Positions 48,455-56,990 of a DNA stretch of 64,000 nucleotides are shown here, one piece after another. A model generated the notes under the pieces. That model did not search any database and was not told the origin of the DNA. It saw only the letters and a program-made list of their open reading frames with translations. Both the position numbers and the translations under genes were made by a program. This stretch comes from Candidatus Multivorans sp. (GTDB lineage Bacteria > Acidobacteriota > Thermoanaerobaculia > Multivoradales > Multivoraceae), in assembly GCA_965247095.1 (NCBI GenBank), contig OZ251997.1, positions 2,240,001 through 2,304,000 of the forward strand, in the 5' to 3' direction. How positions within the stretch are numbered: the first letter of the stretch is position 1; each line of letters starts with the position of its first letter.

Positions 48455-49822
48455 ATGCCCCCGATCCGTGCGCCCCTCTGTTCCCGACGCCCCAGGGCGC
48501 TGCCCCTCATCGCCGCCCTCCTGGTGGCGGTTCTCACCGCCTGCACGGACGATCCGGTCGCCGAGACCCTGACGCTCGAGTTCTTCCCGGAGTCGGCGAA
48601 CGCGCCGAGTCCTGCCGGAGACGATGCCGCCGCCGCGCCGCCGGACCCCGGCGGCTACGTGCGAGTCGAGGCTCAGGTCGACATCCGGCGCCACATGATC
48701 CCGAAGGACAACTCGCTCATTGCGCGCCGCGTCAACGACCGTGTCGAAGCGCTGATGAACGAGTACGACCCCTGGCACATCCGGTTCGACCGCGTCTTCG
48801 AGCCGGTCGCCGACGGCGCCGAGTGGCGGCGGGCCGGAAGAGAACTCACCAGCTACCGTCGCTGGGCGCTGACGGCCGACCCGAACAGCGCGCTGCAGGA
48901 CTTCTTCGTCGACACCCCGATGCGGCCCGTCTTCGAGGTCTGGGACAACGAACGCCGGCTGCCCGATCAAAGGCGGCCGCCGCCCCAGACCGTCATCCTC
49001 GCGTTCGTGTTCGCGGGCGGCACCCGGGCGACGGCGGGCGAGTCGTCCACCGCCTACCGCGGCTTTCGCGACTTCGCGGCCGATGCCGCGCGCTACCAGC
49101 GACGCGTCGCGGCCCTGTGGAAGTACATGGACGAGAATCCGGGCCGCCGCTTTGAGACTCTGCGGGGACTGTTCGCCGCCGGCGAGGGCGAGGAACTGCC
49201 GGAGTCGCAGTTGATTGCACCACCGCGACAACTGGCGCCGTTTGCTGAGCAACCGCCGGTCCGCCGCGGTTCCGAGAGTCTCCCGCGGCTCCGCGACCTG
49301 GAGATCGAGCTGATCGAAAGGGTCGTCACCGCCGGCGAACCGCTGCTCAAGATCTTCGAAGTGCCGAAGGACGACTCCTTCACGCTGCAGGAGCTGTCGC
49401 GCCGGGTGTTCGACCCGTTCCCCGGCGTCGTCACCGCCAAGCCTGACGGCAGCGTCGTCGAAGCGGTCGGATTCGTCGAGGGCAGCGGCGGCTACCGCAT
49501 CCCCTCACTCGACCTCTGGAGCGCCTACCGGGCCCTGGACGGCCTGTTCGTGTCGCCCGATCCGCTCGTCTTTCTGCTCGAGACCCAGCAGGACGACTTC
49601 GGGTGCGACGAGGACGACGACGCCTGCAGGAACAACGCGCGGGTCGCCGCCTTCCTCCAGAGCGGGTCCTTTCGCGCCAGTCCGGGCTCCTCGACCCGGA
49701 TCCAGCAGGCGCTGGAGGCCGAACTGCGGCCCCTCGACGAGTACCGCCTGGTCTGGATCCGCGGCGGCGCCGACGAGAGCGCCGGCAAAGCCACTGCGGC
49801 CGACATCGAGACGGGCGAGTAG
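48455..49822 (+). CDS. Hypothetical lipoprotein
   Basis: Long ORF with host-like codon usage; LTAC lipobox; no motif recognised. Confidence 0.7.
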   Translation: MPPIRAPLCSRRPRALPLIAALLVAVLTACTDDPVAETLTLEFFPESANAPSPAGDDAAAAPPDPGGYVRVEAQVDIRRHMIPKDNSLIARRVNDRVEALMNEYDPWHIRFDRVFEPVADGAEWRRAGRELTSYRRWALTADPNSALQDFFVDTPMRPVFEVWDNERRLPDQRRPPPQTVILAFVFAGGTRATAGESSTAYRGFRDFAADAARYQRRVAALWKYMDENPGRRFETLRGLFAAGEGEELPESQLIAPPRQLAPFAEQPPVRRGSESLPRLRDLEIELIERVVTAGEPLLKIFEVPKDDSFTLQELSRRVFDPFPGVVTAKPDGSVVEAVGFVEGSGGYRIPSLDLWSAYRALDGLFVSPDPLVFLLETQQDDFGCDEDDDACRNNARVAAFLQSGSFRASPGSSTRIQQALEAELRPLDEYRLVWIRGGADESAGKATAADIETGE

Positions 49823-49933
49823 CCGCTCCGGGGCCGGTACAATCCGGCGCTGAGTTACGGAGCGCGAAGCGGAGGAGCCACGGTCTGCTGAATCAGGAAC
49901 CGCCGCGCAAGACCTGATCTTCACGAGGTGCCA

Positions 49934-51109
49934 ATGACCCGTTCGACCTTCATCCGACCCAACCTGTGTCTGTGCCGCGCCGCGGCGCTTCCGATTGCCG
50001 TTCTCCTGCTTCTGGCGGCCGCCGGTCCAGCCCCCGCGCAGCGGTCCTACCCCTACCCGCCCGACATGGAGGGAACGACCGCGGAGGTCTACCGCACCGT
50101 CGGCGATGTCGAACTGAACATCTACCTGTGCAACCCCGAGGGCCATTCGGCCGAGGACCAGCGACCCGCGATCGTGTTCTTCTTCGGCGGTGGCTGGCGT
50201 GCCGGTTCGCCGCAGCAGTTCCTGCCCCACTGCCGCTACCTCGCCGGGCGCGGCATGGTCGCCGCCGTGGCCGACTACCGGGTGGCCAGCCGCCACGGGG
50301 TGACGGCGAACGAGTGCGTCGAGGACGCGAAGAGCGCGGTCCGCTGGCTGCGGGCGAACGCGGACCGGCTCGGCATCGATCCGGACCGCATCGCCGCCGG
50401 CGGCGGCTCGGCGGGCGGCCACCTGGCCGCGGCCACCGCCACCCTGCCGGGCCACGATCCCGATCCCGACGGACCGAGCCCGGCCCCCAACGCCCTGGTC
50501 CTGTTCAATCCCGCGACCGTCCTGGCGCCGGTCGACGGCGGTCCGAAGCCCTCCGACGAGGAGCTCGAGCGGTTCGAAGCGCTCGCCAAGCGCGTCGGCG
50601 CGCCGGTCGAGTCGATGTCGCCCTACCACAATCTGCGGCCCGGGCTGCCTCCGACCATCCTCTTCCATGGCGACGCCGACGCCACTGTTCCCTTTAGCAC
50701 GGCAGACCAGTTCTGCCGCGGTATGCGGGCACACAAGGCCCGATGCGATCTCGTCATCTACCACGGCAAGGACCACGGCTTCTTCAACTTCGGCCGCGGC
50801 GAGGGCGACGAGAAGAACAAGATGTACGAGGACACCGTCTACCGGATGGACGGCTTTCTGTACTCCCTGGAATGGCTCGACCCCAAGCCGAACCCCGACG
50901 GCACGCCCGGGAAGCGCCTGACCTGGGAAGAGTCGCTCGGCAACGCACTCGGCAATCAGCGTCTCCCCGCAGCGGTCGGCGAGATCAAGGACGATCTGGA
51001 ACGCCGCGCCGCTACCGCGGCGGCCTCTGAAGACGCGGATAGCAACGGCGAAGAGTCGACCCCGCCTGACGGCAAACAGGTGGACAACGACGACGTCGAG
51101 CACGAGTGA
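49934..51109 (+). CDS. Exported alpha/beta hydrolase (HSL/BD-FAE-like esterase)
   Basis: FFGGGW, DYR, GGSAGGH, HGDAD..VP, HGFFN. Confidence 0.9.
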   Translation: MTRSTFIRPNLCLCRAAALPIAVLLLLAAAGPAPAQRSYPYPPDMEGTTAEVYRTVGDVELNIYLCNPEGHSAEDQRPAIVFFFGGGWRAGSPQQFLPHCRYLAGRGMVAAVADYRVASRHGVTANECVEDAKSAVRWLRANADRLGIDPDRIAAGGGSAGGHLAAATATLPGHDPDPDGPSPAPNALVLFNPATVLAPVDGGPKPSDEELERFEALAKRVGAPVESMSPYHNLRPGLPPTILFHGDADATVPFSTADQFCRGMRAHKARCDLVIYHGKDHGFFNFGRGEGDEKNKMYEDTVYRMDGFLYSLEWLDPKPNPDGTPGKRLTWEESLGNALGNQRLPAAVGEIKDDLERRAATAAASEDADSNGEESTPPDGKQVDNDDVEHE

Positions 51110-53130
51110 TCCCCGTCCCCACGATCGGCCGACGCTTCGGCTCCGCTGTCCTCGCCGCGTTCGGTATCGGAGCCGCGACCTTCGCCCAAACAGGGCCGAC
51201 GCCAAGAGCGGCCTCGTCCAGCCAAGCGGAAACCCAACCGACCGGCGAATGGCACAACTACGCCGCGGACAGCCGGAGCAGCAAGTACTCGCCGCTCGAC
51301 CAGATCGACAAGACGAACGTCCACCAACTCGAGATCGCCTGGCGCTGGAAGTCGATCGACTACGGCCTCGCCGCGCAGCATGAAGGCATTTTCCCGCCCT
51401 TCCTGTTCCAGAACACGCCGATGATGCGCGACGGCCGGGTGCTGGTGGCCACCGGCATCGGAGCGGCCGCGCTCGATCCGGCCAGCGGCGAGATCCTGTG
51501 GACCTATGACCCCTTCGAGGACGAGGCGCCCAGGAACATGGGGCGGCTCTCGGTGCGAGGCGGCGTGACCTGGAACGACGGGTCCACGCGGCGGCTGTTC
51601 TTTGTCGGCAACGGCCGGCTGACCGCGCTCGACGCGGACACCGGCGCCCGCGACCCGGAGTTCGGCGACGGCGGCCGGATCGACATGCTGGACGCGGGGC
51701 AAGGCGTCCGTCGCCGACAGTACTTCTGGACTTCCGCGCCCGTGGTCTGCGGCGACGTGATCGTGCTCGGCGAGTCGACGTCCGACGCCTGGTCGAGGCG
51801 CAACAACCCGCCGGGAATGATCCGCGGCTACGACGCGCGGTCCGGCGCACTGCGCTGGCGCTTCAACATCATCCCGGCGCCCGGCGAGTTCGGACACGAC
51901 ACCTGGGACAGCCCCGAAGCGGCCCAGGCCGGCGCCGCGAACGTCTGGACGTGGATGAGCTGCGACCAGGAACTCGGGATGGTCTACGCCGCCACCAGCA
52001 CCCCGAGCAACGACTGGTACGGCGGCCACCGCCCGGGCGAGGGCCTGTTCGCCGAGTCGATCCTCGCCCTCGACGCCGAGAGCGGCGAGCGGCGGTGGCA
52101 CTTCCAGGCCGTCCACCACGGCCTCTGGGACTTCGACTTCCCGGCCGCGCCCGTGCTCGCCGACATCGTCGTCGACGGCAAGGCGATCCGTGCTCTGGCG
52201 CAGCCTTCCAAGCAGGCGTTCCTCTATGTCTTCGACCGGGAGACCGGCGACCCGGCCTGGCCGATCGTCGAGTTGCCCGTGCCACCGTCCGAAGTGCCCG
52301 GCGAGCAGGCCTGGCCGACCCAGCCGCATCCGACCTGGCCGCTGCCCTACGACCTACAGGGACTCGCCATCGACGACCTGATCGACTTCACGCCCGAGCT
52401 GCGGGCGATGGCTCTCGAGTACGTGTCCCAGTACCGCATCGGCCCGATCTTCCAACCGCCGACGCTGATCGAGGGCGAGAACGCCAAACCAACGATCCAG
52501 GTTCCCGGGGCTGTCGGCGGCACCAACTGGAACGGCGCCGCCCTCGATCCGGAGACGAACGTGCTCTACCTGCCGTCCGTCACCGTGCCGGCGGTCCTGG
52601 GCCTTCGCCCGCCGCCCGACCCCGCGCGCTCCAACCTGCGCTACCGAGTCGACCTGAGCGAGGCCGACGGCTACGAATGGGCCACTCTGCCGAACGGCCT
52701 GCCGATCACGAAGCCGCCCTACGGTCGCCTCACCGCGATCGACCTCGACACCGGCGAGCACCTGTGGATGGTCCCGAACGGCGACGGTCCGCGCGATCAC
52801 CCCGCGCTCGCCCACCTCGACCTGCCACCGCTCGGCCAGCAGGGCCGGGTGTCCGCCCTGGTGACCAAGACCCTGGTCTTCCTGGCCGACGGCTCGGACG
52901 CGATGGTGGTCCAGCCGGCGGGCGCCGGCAGCCGGAAGTTCCGTGCCTACAACAAGACGAACGGCGAGGTCGTCAGGGAGCTGGACCTGCCGGCCGGCGT
53001 CAGCGGCGCGCCGATGACCTACCTCCACGAAGGCCGGCAGTACATCGTGATGGCGATCAGCGGAGTCGGTTTCGAGGGTGAGTTGCTGGCCCTGGCGCTG
53101 CCCGAATCACCGGCTGCCGCGGCGCCCTAG
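51106..53130 (+). CDS. PQQ-dependent (glucose/quinate-type) dehydrogenase
   Basis: YSPLDQI, HFQAVHHGLWDFD, GGTNWNG, KPPYG, PMTY..GRQYIV. Confidence 0.9.
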   Translation: MIPVPTIGRRFGSAVLAAFGIGAATFAQTGPTPRAASSSQAETQPTGEWHNYAADSRSSKYSPLDQIDKTNVHQLEIAWRWKSIDYGLAAQHEGIFPPFLFQNTPMMRDGRVLVATGIGAAALDPASGEILWTYDPFEDEAPRNMGRLSVRGGVTWNDGSTRRLFFVGNGRLTALDADTGARDPEFGDGGRIDMLDAGQGVRRRQYFWTSAPVVCGDVIVLGESTSDAWSRRNNPPGMIRGYDARSGALRWRFNIIPAPGEFGHDTWDSPEAAQAGAANVWTWMSCDQELGMVYAATSTPSNDWYGGHRPGEGLFAESILALDAESGERRWHFQAVHHGLWDFDFPAAPVLADIVVDGKAIRALAQPSKQAFLYVFDRETGDPAWPIVELPVPPSEVPGEQAWPTQPHPTWPLPYDLQGLAIDDLIDFTPELRAMALEYVSQYRIGPIFQPPTLIEGENAKPTIQVPGAVGGTNWNGAALDPETNVLYLPSVTVPAVLGLRPPPDPARSNLRYRVDLSEADGYEWATLPNGLPITKPPYGRLTAIDLDTGEHLWMVPNGDGPRDHPALAHLDLPPLGQQGRVSALVTKTLVFLADGSDAMVVQPAGAGSRKFRAYNKTNGEVVRELDLPAGVSGAPMTYLHEGRQYIVMAISGVGFEGELLALALPESPAAAAP

Positions 53131-53145
53131 ACCCCCCAACGTCGA

Positions 53146-54588
53146 ATGAACTTGCGCGCCGTTTCCGGTCTGGTCGGGCGGCTCCTGTTGCTGCTCGCCG
53201 GCGCGCAGTTGATTCCATTCTTCTTCGCGCTCTGGCACGGCGCCGAGCGGCCCGCGGCAGCGCTCGGCGGCTCGCTGCTGGTCTGCGCCGCGGCCGGAGT
53301 GGCGGCTCACTGGTGGGGCAAACCGCACGAGAAGATCTACCGGCGCGAGGCGATCCTGGTCGTGGTCGGCGCCTACATCCTGGCGTCCTTCTTCGGCGCG
53401 CTTCCCTACCTGCTGAGCGGCGAGATCACGGATCCGATCGCGGCCCTGTTCGAGTCCGCCTCGGGCTTCACGACCACGGGCGCCTCGATCCTGACCGACA
53501 TCGAGCAACTGAGCGCCAGCATCCTGCTCTGGCGGAGCCTGACCCAGTGGCTGGGCGGCATGGGGATTCTGCTCCTGTTCGTCGCCCTGTTCCCAAGCCT
53601 GGGACCCGGCGCCCGCCTGCTCTACCGGCTGGAGGTCCCGGGACCGACCCAGGACATCATGCAGCCCCAGGTGCAAAAGACGGCGACCGTGCTCTGGCAG
53701 ATCTACGTCGGCCTGACAATCGCGCTCATTCTGCTCCTGCTGGCGGGCGGCGCCAGCCAGTATGAGGCCTTCTGCTACGCGCTGACGACCGTGTCCATCG
53801 GCGGTTTCGCGCCCCTGAACGCGAGTGTCGCCGCCTTCGACTCCGCCTTCATCGAGTGGACCGTCATCGTCTTCATGCTGATCGCCGGCATCAACTTCTC
53901 ACTGATCTTCGCGGTGCGTTCACGGCCCAGCCAGCTCTACCGGGACACCGAGTTCCGCGCCTACGCGTCGATCGCCGCGGTGCTGGTGGCGCTGGTCACG
54001 TTCGACCGCTGGCGCAGCACCGATCTGCCGTTCCTCGAGGCTTTGCGCGAGGCCGCCTTCAACTCGGTGTCGCTGATGACAACGACCGGCCACACGACCC
54101 GGGACTACGACTCCTGGAGCGATACCTCCCGCACCCTGCTGCTGCTGGCAATGTTCGTCGGCGGCTGCGCCGGCTCGACCGCGGGAGGGGTCAAGGTGGG
54201 CCGCTTGGTGATGACGCTGAAGATGGCGTTGCGCGAGGTGCAGCTCATGTTCAACCCGCGCCGCGTGCTGGCGCTGCGGGTCGGCAACCGGACGATCAGC
54301 GATCAGGTGGCGCGCAGCCTGGGCGGCTTCATGACCCTGTTCGCCTTCCTGTGGCTGGGCGTCGCCGCCACCCTCGCCGTCGCCGGCAACGACATGGTCA
54401 CTTCGCTGTCGTCGTCGCTGGCCTGCCTGTCGAATGTCGGCCCAGCGATGGGAGCGGCGGGGCCCAGTCTGAACTACAGCTTCTTCGCCGGCTGGGAGAA
54501 GCTGCTCCTGATCTTCCTGATGTGGCTGGGCCGGCTCGAGATCGTGGCCGTGGCGGCGATCTTCCTGCCCGTGTTCTGGCGGCGCTGA
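53146..54588 (+). CDS. trkH: TrkH family K+ uptake protein
   Basis: FESASGFTTTGAS, QWLGGMG, GGCAGSTAGGVK, NVGP, GRLE. Confidence 0.95.
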   Translation: MNLRAVSGLVGRLLLLLAGAQLIPFFFALWHGAERPAAALGGSLLVCAAAGVAAHWWGKPHEKIYRREAILVVVGAYILASFFGALPYLLSGEITDPIAALFESASGFTTTGASILTDIEQLSASILLWRSLTQWLGGMGILLLFVALFPSLGPGARLLYRLEVPGPTQDIMQPQVQKTATVLWQIYVGLTIALILLLLAGGASQYEAFCYALTTVSIGGFAPLNASVAAFDSAFIEWTVIVFMLIAGINFSLIFAVRSRPSQLYRDTEFRAYASIAAVLVALVTFDRWRSTDLPFLEALREAAFNSVSLMTTTGHTTRDYDSWSDTSRTLLLLAMFVGGCAGSTAGGVKVGRLVMTLKMALREVQLMFNPRRVLALRVGNRTISDQVARSLGGFMTLFAFLWLGVAATLAVAGNDMVTSLSSSLACLSNVGPAMGAAGPSLNYSFFAGWEKLLLIFLMWLGRLEIVAVAAIFLPVFWRR

Positions 54589-54599
54589 GCCCGGCAGTT

Positions 54600-55190
54600 C
54601 TACTCGACGCGGCAGACGTCGGTGAACTCCGGCCGCGGCAGCCGGGGGAAGAGACCCTCGGGATCGCCGTAGCCGATCGAACACAGGAAGTTGGAGCGCA
54701 CCGAAGTGCCCGCGAAGAACAGCTCGTCGCACTTCGCGTTGTCGAACCCCGACATCGGCCCGCAGTCGAGACCCAGCGAGCGCGCGGCGATCATGAAGTA
54801 GGCCCCCTGCAGGGTGGCGTTCCTGAACGCCGTCACTTCGGTCAGCGCCGCGTTGTTGCGGAACATGTCGGCCATGCCCGCGTCATGGGCGAAGAGCACG
54901 TCCATCTTCTCGAAGAAGGCGAGGTCGTAGGCCAGGATGGCGGTCACCGGCGCCTGCCGGATCTTGGCCTGGTTGCCGGGCATGGCAACGGACGCGACCC
55001 GCTCCTTCGCCTCCGCGCTGACCGCGAACACGACGCGCTGGGGCCAACTGTTGGCACTCGTCGGCCCCCACTTCATCAGGTCGTGGAGCTCCTGCAGCGT
55101 GTCCCTGGAGACCTCGCGCGGCAGCCATCTGTTCTGGCTGCGGGCGTCCCGAAACAGGACATCCATGCAAACGTCGGTGATCTTCGGCAT
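54600..55190 (-). CDS. rutE: Malonic semialdehyde reductase RutE-like nitroreductase
   Basis: LFRDARS, WGPTSANS, RNATLQGAY, GLDCGPMSGFD, PRLPR. Confidence 0.9.
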   Translation of the reverse strand: MPKITDVCMDVLFRDARSQNRWLPREVSRDTLQELHDLMKWGPTSANSWPQRVVFAVSAEAKERVASVAMPGNQAKIRQAPVTAILAYDLAFFEKMDVLFAHDAGMADMFRNNAALTEVTAFRNATLQGAYFMIAARSLGLDCGPMSGFDNAKCDELFFAGTSVRSNFLCSIGYGDPEGLFPRLPRPEFTDVCRVE

Positions 55191-55192
55191 GG

Positions 55193-55908
55193 CTACTCGG
55201 TCGCCACTACGCGCCGGAACAGCGACGCCAGGTGCGCCTGAGGCAGCGGCTTCGTCGCCAGCGACACGACCGCCGTCCACCCGATCGCGAACAGGCCGCC
55301 GAGCACCGCGCGCGCCAGTGTGCCGCCCAACCCGAGCATGCCCAGGGTGATGCCGAAGACGGAAGCGAAGCGAAGGAAGGTGAACCGCGACTTGTTGCCC
55401 TTGAGCGCCCAGATCTTGTTGCCGATGTGCGGCAGCAGCCCGAGCGGAATGTGCGCCAGGAGAACCGCGGCCTGCGACCACCAGGAGTGGTAGAGCGGCG
55501 TCGAGCGGTTGATCCAGCCGACCTGGTTCGGGTCCTGCTCCCGGATGTTCGAGATGATTCCACCCAGGCCGCCGTCCAGCCCGGCGCCGAACACGAACAG
55601 GACGATGACCAGCACCCCGATCAGCAGCATCAGGAAGCCCTGCACGCCGTCGGTGAGGATGTCCGCGTGGGCGCCGCCGAGAGCAGCGCCGCCGTCCCGT
55701 GCTCGTAGGCAAGACGCGGGAACCCGAGGAATGTCGCGCCGCTCGCGGTCGTTGCAGCGAATGCCAGGGCCAGGAAGAACGGTCCGTAGCCCGCCCGCGC
55801 GGTGGCGAAGTCCGCGTCGTGAACCCGGCGCCGGCCGATCAGCCCAAAGGCCAGCATGCCGCCCATGTAGACGACGAGAAACAGCCAGGACCAGACGATC
55901 AAGCTCAT
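55193..55908 (-). pseudogene. Sodium:solute symporter relic with internal deletions and a frameshift
   Basis: ALAFAATTASGATFLGFP..AYEHG, then a frame change to GGAHADILTDGVQG...LGLLPH, then an abrupt C-terminus VVSLATKP; about 240 codons vs roughly 500 typical. Confidence 0.78.
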
Positions 55909-56053
55909 CGCGGAATCGTAGACCGTACACCAGGAGGACGCGGAGAGCCAGAGCAACCTCTGTAGGAGAACGCGCCGATCCGGCCCCCCCCGTCGTCAGC
56001 GAAACCGGCGCCGGCCGGTCCCCGTACTGACTACGGGAGTCTTCCCGAAAGGA

Positions 56054-56896
56054 GTGATCACCTTGCACCAAGTCGCCACGTTCCGCACCGCCGTCGCGGG
56101 CCTGTTGCTCGCCAGCCTGCCCACTGCCGCTATTGCCGAAACGGTTCACATCCCGGCAGGCACGACCGTCTACTGCGTCCTCGACGAGAGCCTCTCCACG
56201 AAGAAGAAGTCGAGCCACTACGTCCGGCAGGGAGACCGCGTGCGGGCCAAGGTCGACGAGGACGTCCTCGTCGACGGCCACGTCGTGATCGAGGCCGGGA
56301 CGGTCGTCTGGTCGGAGGTCCGCCGGGCCAGACGCGCCAAGGTCGCCGGCATACGGGGTCGGCTCGAGGTCGAGGCCAATACCGTCACCGCCGTGGACAA
56401 CCAGTCGATCCGGCTCCTCGGCGGCTACGACCGTTCCGGCAAGGGCCGCTTCGCGGTCACCGCGGCGCTCACCGCAGCCGTCGCGTGGCCGTTCATCTTC
56501 ATCAAGGGCAAGCACGCACACCTGAGTCGCGGCGTCATCTTCGATGCCCAAACCGCGGCGCCAGTCGACGTGGAAGTCGGAGCACGCCCCGAGCTGCCGA
56601 TTCTTCGCGCCGACACGCCCGGCTTCGAGGTCGGCATCCCCTACGACAAGATCAATCCCGACGTCCGGCTCGCGATCCTGCCTCTGTGGTTCGACGGACT
56701 GGCAGCGGACACCGCAGAAGCCCACGTCATCGCGGTCAACGGCGAGAAGATCCGACGGCTCGAGATCCCCATCGTCGATGGCACGGGCGAGGTCGACTTC
56801 CAGGAGCTTGCCGAGCACTTCCGCCACGGCATGAACCGGTTCACCGTCGAGGTGGACGGCCAGACCGCGGACATCTTGCTGGAATTCGAGTTCTAG
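56054..56896 (+). CDS. Exported hypothetical protein (TrbI-like beta-sandwich N-domain)
   Basis: RBS AAAGGA; signal peptide; IPAGTTV...LST...GDRV...DV.VDGHVVIEAGT. Confidence 0.7.
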   Translation: MITLHQVATFRTAVAGLLLASLPTAAIAETVHIPAGTTVYCVLDESLSTKKKSSHYVRQGDRVRAKVDEDVLVDGHVVIEAGTVVWSEVRRARRAKVAGIRGRLEVEANTVTAVDNQSIRLLGGYDRSGKGRFAVTAALTAAVAWPFIFIKGKHAHLSRGVIFDAQTAAPVDVEVGARPELPILRADTPGFEVGIPYDKINPDVRLAILPLWFDGLAADTAEAHVIAVNGEKIRRLEIPIVDGTGEVDFQELAEHFRHGMNRFTVEVDGQTADILLEFEF

Positions 56897-56990
56897 GCAA
56901 GCGCATCAGAACTCTGAGGCACAGCGCTTCACATCCATTGTCGGCCTCCAGACCGCGCAACGAAGCGGTTTGCTCCGCTACTGTTCCGCC

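Noticed and set aside
49845-49925. c-di-AMP (ydaO) riboswitch-like 5' motifs (CGCTGAGT...AGCGGAGGAGCCA...TGAATC)
   Set aside because: The conserved 3' half (CCCGAA.CCGTCAGCTAAC) is absent and the region is too short
55193-56827. 544-aa minus-strand ORF as one gene
   Set aside because: Its 5' part is antisense to the real gene at 56054-56896; only the last about 160 codons belong to the symporter relic
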